A stretch of 64,000 nt of DNA from Octopus sinensis (GCF_006345805.1 NC_043000.1:118668001-118732000); one strand, 5' to 3'. Shown: positions 12,421 to 25,958, numbered from the stretch's first letter. Numbers and translations are program-made. Notes: generated from the letters alone by a model not told the origin.

Positions 12421-13914
12421 ACAAGCAATATTTCGCGCGAGACGAAATGCGCTCCATCCGACACACAACTACAACAACAATTTCTTTTTATGTGTGACAA
12501 ATTGAACCGTATAAAACAAATCACACAAAAGCCAACAGTGGTTGTTTACGTGCATAGAAATCCAAGTACGCAAAAGAGATAAGTCCGATGCTTCGGTTAA
12601 TCAAGGAAGCCTTACAAATGAAACTCACTACCAAAGGCAAGGTCTCTCCCCAGGATAAAGCACATAGAGAGAGTAATCCCATTCACACGAGTCATTCTCT
12701 TTACTATCACCCATCTTTTAGTAAATTCCCTGAAGGACAGAACCTCCACTTAGTTTCCTCTCAAAGTAGAACTTTAAAATATGGTAAGAGTTTGTATAAA
12801 AGATGGAGAAAAGTGCCTATCATCTTTTTGGCAGATTCTTTTGTAAGAGAAATGGAATTGCACCTCTGTTGTCCCATATCGACTTCTGCGAGCGACGAAC
12901 TGCTTTTTGCATCATACGCCCCTCAATTAATTTTCCACTTAAGCTGGTGTGTATCATTCCACCCGCTTCTTACCCTCCGCACATCAATATGAAAACCTGT
13001 TCTCGGTTGTTTCTTCCATGACTCAAGCTCAATGTTTACTGCGGTCCTGTTTTCTTCTGTTCTAGAGAGACCTCGTCGTCACTTTTACTGCTCTTGTAAA
13101 AATGTTTGATTTTGCAGAACATATACTGTAGCTGTTGTCGTGTTTCTGTTTGCTGGTGATAGCCATGGTGCTTTGCTGCTGCTAGTATACCAGCAGCTGT
13201 AGTGGATGTGATAGTAGTGGCATAGGTGGTGGTGAAAAAAAACTTAACATCTAAAACTTCTGTCAATCCAAAAGTTCTCGTACCTACCGAGGCCTTCTGT
13301 TTGTTTTGCTGACATGTTCACCATCCATCGCCGACTCGCTCATATTACTCATTTTTTGCTAGTTGAGTGGACGGGAACAATATGAAATGAAGGGTATTAC
13401 TCAAGAACACAATGCAACGCCCGATCCCAGAATCGAACCCTTAATTTTACGATCCTGAACGCAACCCCTTAACCACGAAGCCACACACCTCCGCATTGGT
13501 GTTGCTAAAAAAGACAGTTACGATCTTTTTTCTTTGCGTGTATTTTTGTATCGCCTGTTCCAGCTTTTATACTGTTCTACTGCTACACACGATAGTGGTA
13601 ATGATTGATAACGGTGTTACTGTTTGTTGGTGCTATCGGAGATGACGGTGCTTGCGTTAATAACGTCTTACGAACTTTGAAACATTGGAAGAAATCTTGC
13701 TTTCGTAAATATGAAGTGACGTTTCTTCCACCTCCGTTCTTCTTTCTTCTTCATCAAACAACATTTAAAAAAAAATATCTAAGGTAATATCGAAAGAAGA
13801 TGCACAACCAAACTGTAATACACCGAATACGGCAAACAATTAAACGGACAGAAAACATTAATTCTCCAAAGGCATTCACTGACGGATATGGGAATCGACT
13901 TGCAAATAATCTTT

Positions 13915-14507
13915 CTACTATTGGTAGAGGAGATGGAGCTAGTCGATTACATCGACCCCAGAACTTGACTGGTACTTCTTCTATCGACCTCGAAAGAATG
14001 AAAGGCAAAGTTGACCTCGGCGAAATCTGAACTCAACGTGAAGACGGACGAAATAACAATATGCATTTTTCCCAACATGCTAACATTTCTTATTTCTTTA
14101 TTGCCCACAAGGAGCTAAATATGGAGGGGACAAACAAGGACAGACAAAGGGATTAAATCAATTAAATCGACCCAAGTGCGTAACAGGTACTTATTTAATC
14201 GATCCCGAAAGGATGAAAGGCAAAGTCGACCTCGGCGGAATTTGAAGTCAGAACGTAGCGGCAGACGAAATACCTATTTCTTTACTACCCACAAGGGACT
14301 AAACACTGAGAGGACAAACAACGACAGACAAACGGATTAAGTCGATTATATCGATCCCAGTGCGTAACTGGTACTTATTTAATCGACCCCGAAAGGATGA
14401 AAGGCAAAGTTGACCTCGGCGGAATTTGAACTCAGAACGTAGTGGCAGACGAAATACCCCTAAGCATTTCGCCCGGCGTGCTAACGTTTCTGCCAGCTCG
14501 CCGCCTT
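13915..14507 (-). mobile_element. SINE family B trimer
   Basis: Head at ~14505, junction aagaaatag|gtatttcg (~14275) and junction aagaaata|agaaatgttagc (~14090). Confidence 0.85.
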
Positions 14508-14849
14508 CGCAATAGTAATAATAATTCTTCTTACGATAGGCACAAAGCCTGAAGTTCGGGAGAGGGTTCTAATCGATTACTTCCACCCCAATGCTCAACT
14601 GGTACTTATTTTATCGACCTCGGAAGGTTGAACGGCAACTCGGTAGAATTCTTTTTTATACTCGAAACATTAAGATTCAGAAGAAACGCCACAGAGCATT
14701 TTGTCGGATGTGCTACCGATCCTGCCACCTGAACGAATAATGGATAAAATATAATGGTTTTGTTGTTTATACTTCATGCTAACTTCCAAGCCTTAACAAA
14801 AGACTTTAGACCAAAAGTGCTTCCCAAAAAAAATGAGTTGTGTCTAAGA

Positions 14850-15170
14850 AGTTGTTTGGAGCACTTGGATATCTGGCTTAATGTCTTACTGTTTCAGTAG
14901 GTAAAATTATTTCCGAGAAAGTTTATGTAATGCTCCGATGATAACAGCCACAACTTTCACTTTTGCTATCGTGCATTCTTACATTCTTGACTCTTAAATT
15001 AATAGATTCTGTGGTCTTACTACTTCCTTCTCTGCAATATTGCAACGTCTGTTATGAGACATTCTCTTTTTTATGCCATGTATATTTGATCTTCGGTTTT
15101 CAGATGTCCTGTCTAGTTGAATGTCAAAATCCTACAAACTGTTCTTCCTTTCGTGACAATTTTCCTGATC
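14850..15170 (-). mobile_element. Highly decayed REL-endonuclease LINE fragment
   Basis: Minus strand gives DFDIQLDRTSENRRSNI...CLITDVAI...KVVAVIIGAL across stops and frameshifts. Confidence 0.5.
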
Positions 15171-15402
15171 CACAGTGACAGGCCCCTCGGCTGAGGTGCC
15201 GCATATTGCGATATTTTTACCAGCTGCAACCCGGGGTGTTCGGCTTTCAACCCAGGCTTCTCCGCTCGTCACGCACATCTTAAAGAAAGTATTATCTGTC
15301 TGAGCTCCTTGTTGTGACTTGACAGATGACTAAAGACCCCGGTGCATTTTTTGCCTACACTGTGCTACGAAGGAATGATAATAATAATAATAATAATAAT
15401 AA

Positions 15403-15433
<31 letters not shown>

Positions 15434-16484
15434 TTCTGAACTTGGACATAAATGTATCAATTTTGAAGGGAAGTGAGTCTTATCGATAGCTTCATCTTCC
15501 CCCCACCCCACCACGCAGCACTTGACTGATTCCTTACTTCATCGACCCCAGTAAGATGAAAGGCAAAGTTGATCTTGGCTGGATTTGAACACAAAACGTA
15601 AACAGCTGCAAGAAATACTGCAAAGAATTTTCTTCTGGCACTTTAAGGGCGAAAATATACAGTAGATATTGTAAAATATTTAGTCCAATAAGAAATAGAA
15701 AAAAAAACAAAAAAAAGCTGAAATGAATGAAATAAATAAATAAATAGATAAATAAATAAAAATGCAGAAACCGAGAAGGAGAGAAATAAAAGTAAAACCC
15801 ACGAACAAATAATTGGAAGTTGGCAGAATGGAAAAGGAAATTACCATGACATAAAATCAAAGAGGACTTTATTGCTATCTGTGTAGACATAAGCTAATGT
15901 AAAACGACACAAACTAACCGCATCACCTCCATATTTCCCAAGTCAACACCATTACGCAGAACGTAAACCAACTCGACAATAACGCTAATAATTCAGGATA
16001 TGCTAGGTAAATACTCAATGGGTTTGCTGAAGGGAAAAAACATACTTCTAGGTAGGCGTCATCGGAGTTAGGCGTAGCTTGTATGTATTTCTGAAACATA
16101 TTTCCACTGCTGGTTCGTGAATGTTATGATTATTAGGCCAAAAGAGAAAAAGCTCACACACACGTGTATACATACGCGCAAGTGCACATATGTATAATAT
16201 ATATATATATATATATATATACAAGAACTCACACCATGCGTCTATAATGCTTCTACGTTCCTCCAACTTGTAGTATACATACGTATGTATAACAGAGAAT
16301 CAAACAAGCTAATTGACATCGGGGATGATTTATTATTTCGGCGAAATAAATATTATTTATCTTCGATAATATTTTCTTTCTATTTTTTTCCTTTCTTCTC
16401 ATCCTGGTCAAGTAAGTGGCTATTAGCATGGAAATAAAAGATGATTTCTGATATAGGCAAAAGCTTCGGGTTTCTATTGGAGGG

Positions 16485-17101
16485 CCGCACACACACACGT
16501 GCGCACACACACATGCACACATTCACAAGCACACGCACACGCACACACATGCATGCAATCACGCACACATTCACACGCACACACAGTCACACACACACAC
16601 AGACGCATACACACGCACACACGCACACACACACGGCCACACACAGAGATACATACACACACAGACACACACAGAGATACATACACACACAGAGATACAT
16701 ACACACACACGCACACTCATACACACACGGACACACACGCATACACACACACGTACGCACACACAGCCACACACACAGACACATACATATACACACGCTC
16801 ACGCACACTCACACGCACATACACACACACATACACACACATGCCCACGCACGCACTCACACGCGCACACACAACCACGCACATTGGCACATACACATAC
16901 ATACGCACACACGCAAACACTCACATGCACACACACACACAGCCACACATACAGACACATACTCGCGCACACTCATACACACACGGACACATACACACGC
17001 GCACACACGCACACACACACGCACACATACACCCACACACACGCAGACACATACACATACACACGCGCACACACTCACGCACACATTCACACGCACACAC
17101 A

Positions 17102-17145
<44 letters not shown>

Positions 17146-17165
17146 CATGCACGCGTACACACACA
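16485..17165. repeat. Cryptic (CA)n-rich simple repeat (~680 bp)
   Basis: Degenerate CA/CG/TA dinucleotide tract; the source of many His/Thr and Cys/Val pseudo-ORFs. Confidence 0.95.
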
Positions 17166-17877
17166 AAACCGAAACCAATCACGCAAACCTTAAAGATGTC
17201 TTCTAGACATCATTAGGATTACAAAATCGATAAATGATATTACGGAACTGAATTTATTAAGAACACATTAATTACACATTTGATCTCTGAATATTTTATT
17301 AAGATCCTAAGGGATTTCTTGATCGATTTCATGAAAATGAAGAAATATTACGATATGAAGTAACCGTTACACAAAATCAGATTTAATAGGGAGAAAAACA
17401 TGATTTGGTTGCCCAAAATTATCTGCGCTAATTTGTGAATAGTACCACTAAGAGACCCCTTCCACATAAAGAAACCTCAATAAAAAAATATAAGTTTTAT
17501 AGACAAGGAAAATATGGCCTACCTCTATAAAAGCAAAATGACAATTGCTTTTATTGTGTTACCGCACGAATTCGACTAGTTACAAAGTCCTCATCTTGTT
17601 ACAATATCCCAGAGCGTGGTTCTGCAGTGGAAATTTAAAGAGAGAAACAGAGTTGGTGATTGCTGAAGATCAGGATGTAAAACTTATTTAATGAGTGAAA
17701 GTATATATTTCACTGTTTCAACGAATAAGTGCCGCCATTGTAATCATTAGACGGAAATTATTAGCCGTTTTGTGTAGCAGGACGCAAAATGTATGTCAGG
17801 GCAGAAAGAATACGAGAAGCGTCATGATAAGGTTTATCTGAATTTATTTCCAGTTACTTTGTTAAAAAATACTGGTG

Positions 17878-18043
17878 TAGCGCAGGAGTGGCTGTGCGGT
17901 AAGTAGCTTGCTTACCAACCACATGGTTCCGGGTTCAGTCCCACTGCGTGGCACCTTGGGCAAGTGTCTTCTACTATAGCCTCGGGCCGACTAAAGCCTT
18001 GTGAGTGGATTTGGTAGACGGAAACTGAAAGAAGCCCGTCGTA

Positions 18044-18089
<46 letters not shown>

Positions 18090-18320
18090 TGTGTGTGTTT
18101 GTGTGTCTGTGTTTGTCCCCCTAGCATTGCTTGACAACCGATGCTGGTGTGTTTATGTCCCCGTTACTTAGCGGTTCGACAAAAAGATACCGATAGAATA
18201 AGTACTGGGCTTACAAAAGAATAAGTCCCGCGGTCGATTTGCTCGATTAAGGCGGTGCTCCAGCATGGCCGCAGTCAAATGACTGAAACAAGTAAAAGAG
18301 TAAAGAGTAAGAGTAAAAAG
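17878..18320 (+). mobile_element. SINE family A, full length
   Basis: Same modules; CpGs largely intact. Confidence 0.9.
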
Positions 18321-18457
18321 AGTAGCATATCAAACAAGTTCTATAAATATGTATTAAAAAAATATTTTTAAAACTCCAAAACAAAGCAAAACTTAAATTT
18401 GTCTATATAAATTTGTAAACCTTTATAACAACGAACAAATACAATTCAAATATATTA

Positions 18458-18865
18458 AACGCAGGAGTGGCTGTGTGGCAAGTAGCTTGCTTACCATTGG
18501 TTCCAGGTTCAGTCCCACTGCGTGGCATCTTGGGCAAGTGTCTTCTACTATAGCCCCGGGCCGTGCAAAGCCTTGTGAATGGATTTGGTAGACGGAAACT
18601 GAAAGAAGCCCGTCGTATATATGTGTGTGTGCGTGTTTGTGTGTGTGCGTGTTTGTGTGTCTGTGATTGTCCCCCCACCCAACATCGCTTGACAACCGAT
18701 GCTGGTGTGTTTACGTCCCCGTAACTTAGCGGTTCGGCAAAAGAAACCGATAGAATAAGTACTAGGCTCACAAAGAATAAGTCCTGGGGTCGATTTTCTA
18801 GACTAAAGGCGGTGCTCCAGCACGGCCGCAGTCAAATGACTGAAACAAGTAAAAGAGTAAAAGAG
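18458..18865 (+). mobile_element. SINE family A, full length
   Basis: Same modules; CpGs largely intact. Confidence 0.9.
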
Positions 18866-19139
18866 CCAAACGTTTTCAAATACACGACATCCCCTTGTGG
18901 ACAGTTATTAAAAGTGGGATAACTTTTTCTTCATAATATTTAGCGAGATGAGCAGTAAGAGCCTGTAATAAGGGAGTGGCAATGATTGAAGCATTTTAAA
19001 GGATATAGTCATTTAATTATTGAATGCAAGAAAATGAATTTTTATAAAATGGTAGAAAAATTACAGTAAAACGCCTACACTCTCAAATACTGTTCTTATC
19101 TATTATCTGGAAATACAAATTTGTACAACAAAAAATAGA

Positions 19140-19530
19140 AACAACAAGAGCACTCAGAGAGCGCAAACCTCCACCAAAGCAACACCAACGTCCTCTCAAC
19201 GATTAGCGGGAGAGGATTTTTAAAATGAGAATAGCTGAAACAAGCTCGTCTGCTCTCACAAATGAGAATACTGAAACTGAACCCGACTGCTCTCAAAAAT
19301 TAAGTAAAAAAAGAAGCAGGATAAATAATCCAGAATCCTTGTCCGGTACCGGATCGATCCCAAAATCAAATCAGTTTGTGCCAGTCACGAGGCTGGACAT
19401 TCCTGAAAGTTTCATCCGAATCCATCCAGCAGTTCTTGAGATATCTTGTCCATGGACAAACAAAACAGTTCAGACAAACAAACGCAAATGAAAACAATAC
19501 CTCCGCCTTAGCGAAGGCGGAGGTAATAAT
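19140..19530 (-). mobile_element. HINE/DINE-1-like (or Crypton-type) non-autonomous DNA element
   Basis: Terminal palindrome acctccgcc-ttagcgaa-ggcggaggt, subterminal inverted copy acctccacc near the other end, internal gtttgtttgtct microsatellite. Confidence 0.6.
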
Positions 19531-19904
19531 AAACTGTAGCTGTCAAGAGGACTTAGAAGATTCTCACTTTTCCTAATACTGAAAATGCTCACGTCATATG
19601 ATTAAGTGGCTAAAGCTATATGTTCTTTGATCGTACTAAGTAGTTGGTGGCTTCTCGGTCGAACATGTGAGTCTAACCCACGTCCGTTTACTACTACTTG
19701 CTTCTCTCTTGTATTTCCCTTACTCTCTTGTCTTTCTTTTAGTATCCGACAAAGGAAAATGTCCGAAACGTTATATTTTTTGCTCAATAAACTTTTAGTT
19801 ATCTGAGCGTCAACCGAACAATATAACCTGTGAAATTCCTTTGGACCTTCGTTTTTGGGTTTTTTTCTTCTTTTCATTTTTGCTATTTGTATTTGATTTG
19901 ATGT

Positions 19905-21693
19905 TGTGGCTAATGATTTTGGCAAAAGCGTTATTTGTGAGCACAAATATATAAATATGCAGGCAAAACGTTGATTCGTTTGAGCGAGTACGAACATATT
20001 AACAAAAAATAATAACACTTAAACCATATGAACAATAGTAAGGCGTGATACACAGTTATTCGTCTTAGTATTTGCATTGGCGACCCCTATTATTAGAGAC
20101 ATCCATGATTTTTTAGGCATGCTGGATTCCAATGACAGAGTCAGTTCTATGTTTACAGACCTCCATTTTTGCTGTACATTTTACATATGAAGTTCTTAAA
20201 ATTTCTCGTCGGAAGTAATCATGCATAGCACCATTTCATTCGTTTTAGAATTCATCAGCATTATATAATCTTGCATTTATTAATTAAACATTTTATGAGT
20301 CAGTTCTGAGTCAGTTCTATGTTTACAGACCTCCACTCTTGCTGTACGAGAGCTTTCGGCTATTCAATGTCTGTTGGCTTTTCTCTTGTCAACTCGGATT
20401 TTATCGATGAGCCACAATTTTCAATAGGATTTAAATCTAGAGAATTTCCCGGCCAAGGCTCCAAAATTTCAATACTTTATCTCCAAGATACTTTTCAATC
20501 TTTTTAGCAGTATGGCAAGATGCTCCATCATATTGGAAAATGTAAGTTTCTTCGCCAAACTGCCACTCAACGGTTGGAAAGAGATGGTTTTCAAGGATAT
20601 TTTGATGCCATTTGAAATTCATAGAAGTTTTTTTCGGCAAAACTGACAGTGATCCAACGTCCTTGGATGAAAAGCAACACCACACATGAATGGTTTCTGG
20701 ATACTTGACCGTGGGTACGATGCAGGCCTCATCATAACGTTCACCTTGCCGCCCTCAGATGAACCTTTTTCCAGATATCCCAAACAATGAAATGGTGCTT
20801 CATTTGGAAAAATCACCTTGTCCCATTTTTCACTAGACCAATTTTCATATTTTCTACAAAAGGCAAGCCTGTCCTCCACGTTTTTCTTGAACAAAAAAGG
20901 TTTCTTTGCAGCACTCCGTAAAGCGAGACCATTGTCAAGAAGTTGTGGAACAGTCCGCGTTGAAGCGTTGACACTGGCTGATTCCCACTCTTTAACAAGC
21001 TGTTTGCTGCCGGCACTTTGATTCCTCAATGAATTTCACACCAAAGCTCTGTCTCAGAGGACAGACGTTGATGACCAAGGTCCTTCTTCACCGTCATGGA
21101 TTCTGTCTCTTTGAAAGGTTTTTATAATCCTGTACACATTTCTTTCAGATGCAATGCCTTTAACAACAATATCGCGTGTTGTTAGGTCATTTTGGTGGAA
21201 AGAAATTATGACTGACGTTTTTTTTTTTTTTTTTTTTTTCTAGTTTCAGCTCAGAGCCGCGGCCATGCTGATGCACCGCCGTTATTTGCCTTTTCTGTTA
21301 TTTGTGCCAATATTATCCCTCCAATAAAAGAAAAGAAAATGTGAAGCTTGTGTAAAGCAAAAGAGCATTCATTAATTAAAAGTCAATTACAAAAGGCTCA
21401 TTACATCATATATAACTTTACCTATTGTTCTGGTTATTAATTATTAGCTTGCATGCGATTCCAACTTGGAATCATGAAGAGGAATGTGATTTCCACTTCT
21501 TGTAGGAAATATAACCAATTCCGCAGATTGATGATTATTTGCAATATCTATTGGTTTTCAGCAGTTTTTCTTTCAAATCTTATTGGATAACAGATAACCG
21601 GTTAAAATAATATAAAATTATTAACATTCACATAATATTTCATACGAAATAACAAAAAAAAACGGTATTTGCCAAAATCATTGCCCATGACTG
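19905..21693 (-). mobile_element. Tc1-family DNA transposon, decayed, about full length
   Basis: TIR pair ggctaatgattttggcaa (~19907-19925) and ttgccaaaatcattgcccatgactg followed by TA (21669-21695). Frameshifted transposase with AAKKPFL...RLAFC...W..VIF.NE, FQYDGASCHTAK and WPGNSLDLNPIEN. Confidence 0.85.
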
Positions 21694-21719
21694 TACATAT
21701 GTATATGCATGTGTGTATT

Positions 21720-21874
21720 TTACACACACAAACACATATATATGTATACATACATGCATGCATGCATTCATACATACATACATACATACATACATACATA
21801 CATACATACATACATACATACATACATACAAGCATACATATATATATGATATATATTGCATGATATATTACATG

Positions 21875-21920
<46 letters not shown>

Positions 21921-22034
21921 CATACATACATATATATTATACATGCATACATACATACACACATACAAACATACATGTATATATAATATATATTACATGA
22001 TATATTACATGTTATATATATATATATATTATAA

Positions 22035-22080
<46 letters not shown>

Positions 22081-22097
22081 CACACAGATAGAAAGAG

Positions 22098-22132
<35 letters not shown>

Positions 22133-22146
22133 AGGAAAGAAAGAAT

Positions 22147-22220
<74 letters not shown>
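21720..22220. repeat. Compound microsatellite (CATA)n(TA)n(GAAA)n(GATA)n
   Basis: Seen directly. Confidence 0.95.
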
Positions 22221-22222
<2 letters not shown>

Positions 22223-22729
22223 TTTGTCGATTTATTTGTATATTTTAAATGTGTTTACACGGCGAGTTTTACTTTTTTAGTACATCTTGATACACTTTAG
22301 TCCCACCCCACTCCTTGTATTAATCCATTTGGATTATTATATACAACAGGATATTTGAACAAGGTTTGGAGTTTATTCTCGCCAAAATAAACAAAGAAAG
22401 TAGGATTATTTGATTATTTACGTATTTTATTTCTCTCTTCCGAGATTGGTAAATAATGACGTCTACATCAACAAAAGTGAAACCATCTCCAACATGCAGA
22501 AAACGAAAAATGGTGAAAAGACCGACACCTGCAACGAAATAGGAGAAAACTGTTTCTTTGTCACAAGACACACAGGAAAAATAATCCGAACAATGAAATC
22601 AAGACTTATTGACTTTATTAGCGATAATGGCCGAATGCAAACAGAAGTTTCACCGAGTGAAAAGCTTGAGATGTCAAGAATTTCTCTTGTCTTTCTTTTG
22701 TTGTTTATTTCTCTTGTTTCGTTTTCCAG

Positions 22730-22782
22730 CATCACTAGCACCACACTGAAAAATTAAACGGAGGTGATTTCGCACAAATGAG
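22730..22782 (+). other. Possible isolated non-coding or start-codon exon
   Basis: About 50-nt polypyrimidine tract ending ttttcCAG (AG at 22728-22729), then 53 nt with stops in all three frames ending ATGAG, then GTCAGT. No partner exon identified. Confidence 0.3.
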
Positions 22783-22924
22783 GTCAGTATGGGAAAACTG
22801 TGTGACAACCATGTTTACTTGTATGTGCAAGTCGCTCTATTTTAAATCTGATTTCAACTGAGAAAAAAAATAATAACTGGGATGGGACATAAACTTGGGG
22901 CAAAGCTAAAGCTATTCTTATTAT

Positions 22925-23139
22925 TCTTTTATTCGTTTCGGTCATTTGACTGCGGCCATGCTGGAACATCGCCTTTAGTCGAGGAAATCAACCCCAGGGT
23001 TTATTCTTTGTAAGACTAGTAGTTATTCTGTCTGTCTCTTTTGCCGAACCGCAAAGTTACGGTGACGTAAACACACCACCATCGGTTGTCAAGCGATGTT
23101 GGGGGGACAAACACACAAACACACACACACAGACACACA

Positions 23140-23184
<45 letters not shown>

Positions 23185-23185
23185 A

Positions 23186-23220
<35 letters not shown>

Positions 23221-23278
23221 CGACGAGCTTCTTTCAGTTTCCGTCTACCAAATCCACTCACAAGGCTTTGGTCGGACC
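22925..23278 (-). mobile_element. SINE family A, lacking the head
   Basis: Tail and body modules on the minus strand. Confidence 0.85.
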
Positions 23279-24164
23279 AGGAGGAGGAAGTGAGGTTATA
23301 GAGTCTTGCTTTGGTTGAGACTAAAAGTATAAATTTGTCACACTTCTCGCCACTCTTCGTTCCAGACTGTAATATCAGAGCTTTCCTAACAGTTCAGATC
23401 CTCTAGTAGAAAGACAGCAACGAAGATCGCCTGTACATGAAATACCGTATTTACTTGCATAAAAATCACACCCCTAGTTTTATGTTAAATCTTTGTACAT
23501 TTTTTCCCTTTCGTAGTTTTAGCTTTGTCCGTGTATAGGTTTCATCCCAGGTTTTTCAGTTAAAACCAAGTGCAAAATAGTGCGACTTAGTACACAATAC
23601 GACACTTTCTTCAAACAATGGCCCTATTTTGAGATCCAAAAATTTAGTTATTTTTCTTTCCTAAAACTGTGGTTTTCTTGGAGGTGGGAAGGTCTGTTCT
23701 CAGCATCTTTTAATGGCATTCTTAATTGGTTCTTCTTCTTTTGCCAGCAGTTTATTCATTGAAACGATTTGAGACCCTTGTTAGAGTTTGTTTTTTTCTT
23801 TCCTGCTCGAAGATGATATTTTTATGAACTTTTTCATTATGCTGAGACATAGAACTTCCATCGGATATCGGACAGATTTTACTCAGCATCTGCATGTATA
23901 TGCACCGGCCTGGATATAACTTTTGAAGAAGACTAGCAATTACCCATGCATGCAGATCTCCCTCCTTCAAGGCGTCGCTGTTAATGTAATTGAAAGGTTG
24001 ATACAATTTGACACCAGTGTCGATGTATTGGAGGACGCCATTAACGTTCGAATCAACGTTTTTCTACAGAAAGGCCAGATTAGGAGAGAAAAAATGCAAA
24101 ATGTGTCTTTTCCGTCGACCAAATTCACGCAGAAAACATTGACCTGAGATTATTGTAGAAGACA

Positions 24165-24943
24165 GAAGGCGGCGAGCTGGCAGAAACGTTAGCACGCCGG
24201 GCGAAATGCTTAGCGTATATCGTCTGCCGTTACGTTCTGAGTTCAAATTCCGCCGAGGTCGACTTTGCCTTTCATCCTTTCGGGGTCGATTAAATAAGTA
24301 CCAGTTACGCACTGGGGTCGATATAATCGACTTAATCCGTTTGTCTGTCCTTGTTTGTCCTCTCTATGTTTAGCCCCTAGTGGGTAGTAAAGAAATAGGT
24401 ATTTCGTCTGCCGTTACGTTCTGAGTTCAAATTCCGCCGAGGTCGACTTTGCCTTTCATCCTTTCGGGGTCGATAAATTAAGTACCAGTGAAACACTGGG
24501 GTCGATGTAATTGACTTAATCCGTTTGTCTGTCTTTGTTTGTCCTCCCTGTGTTTAGCCCCTTGTGGGTAGTAAAGAAATAGGTATTTCATCTGCCGCTA
24601 CGTACCGAGTTCAAATTCCGCCGAGGTCGACTTGGCTTTTCATCCTTTCGGGGTCGATAAATTAAGGACCAGTTACTGGGGTCGATGTAATCGACTTAAT
24701 CCGTTCTTCTGTCCTTGTTTGTCCTCTCTGTCTTTAGCCCCTTGTGGGTAGTAAAGAAATAGGTATTTCGTCTGCCGCTACGTACCGAGTTCAAATTCCG
24801 CCGAGGTCGACTTAGCTTTTCATCCTTTCTGGGTCGATAAATTAAGGACCAGTTTCTGGGGTCGATCTAATCGATTTAATCCATTTGTGTGTCCTTGTTT
24901 GTCCTCTCTGTGTTTAGCCCCTTGTGGGTAGTAAAGAAATAGG
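24165..24943 (+). mobile_element. tRNA-derived SINE family B: one head plus four ~180-bp head-to-tail units
   Basis: Head ggcggcgagctggcagaaacgttagc; units gtatttcgtctgcc...cctttcatcctttcggggtcgat...aagaaatag; 14-bp TSD tattgtagaagaca at 24151-24164 and 24944-24957. Confidence 0.9.
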
Positions 24944-25644
24944 TATTGTAGAAGACACTTACGCAGTGGAGCCAAAGCCTAAAACGCGGTTGCAATGAAG
25001 CTTCGTAGGCATATGGACATGCCTTGCATTGCTAACATAATATCCCTTTATGTCTGACGTAAACAATTTCAGGCCAATTCAGTTTACACATTTCGTTTTG
25101 AAAAGAACCTTGTGGAAATTCAGCTTGGACAGGTTCTATTTTTCGACCATACTTTATTAGTTCCCTTAAGCTATGACATGTGAATATTGTATGAGTCTCT
25201 GTCACATTGTGATCAGTCGCGCATTATTTGTGAAGCAACAATCTACTGGTGTTGTCGCTTCTGTTGGGCAAGGGATCATTATAAACACGTTTAAGTAGGG
25301 GAAAAAAATGGGAAAAACGAATGGAAAAATAAAAGCTTGTAGAAAGAACCATTCCAGTGTTTCTGAAACTTCGAGATTGTGTTTACGTTTCTTATTTCTT
25401 ATGGTTTCCATGAATAAGAAATAACAACGAAGTTAGGGGGAAAAAAGTTGTTTTCCAGTGAAAAAAACCTAAAAGTTATCTTTCTTTATATATATATATT
25501 AATTTTATATTTATTTTTTGTCAGAGTTAAGAACGTGACAATATTCTATTTTGTGTATCGTTATTGCTTGTTTGTTTGTTTTCATGTTTCGCTATCATCA
25601 CAATAGTTCTTCGTTTGTAATTAGTTTGTTAGCTTTCAAAACTG

Positions 25645-25663
25645 CAGTAATAATAATAATATA

Positions 25664-25708
<45 letters not shown>

Positions 25709-25745
25709 TAATAATAATAATAATAATAACAACAACAACAACAAC

Positions 25746-25785
<40 letters not shown>

Positions 25786-25794
25786 GTAATAGCA

Positions 25795-25833
<39 letters not shown>

Positions 25834-25856
25834 TAATAATAATAATAGTAATAGTA

Positions 25857-25889
<33 letters not shown>

Positions 25890-25903
25890 TAATAGTAATA
25901 GTA

Positions 25904-25958
<55 letters not shown>

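Noticed and set aside
16441-17216. Long His/Thr- and Cys/Val-rich ORFs (up to 250 aa), and similar ORFs at 8090-8499, 21602-22155, 25629-26238 and 50892-51254
   Set aside because: Translations of simple repeats that lack stop codons by composition.
22410-22757. 115-aa ORF with a signal-peptide-like hydrophobic end (MSRISLVFLLLFISLVSF)
   Set aside because: The hydrophobic run is the translation of a polypyrimidine tract and a stop follows almost at once.
23430-24120. pogo-like terminus (taccgtatttact) and a degenerate coding-like interior
   Set aside because: I could not assign a family or a second terminus with confidence.
24165-24943. Regularly spaced repeats superficially resembling a CRISPR array
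   Set aside because: The whole ~180-bp unit repeats with no unique spacers, the context is eukaryotic, and there are no cas genes.
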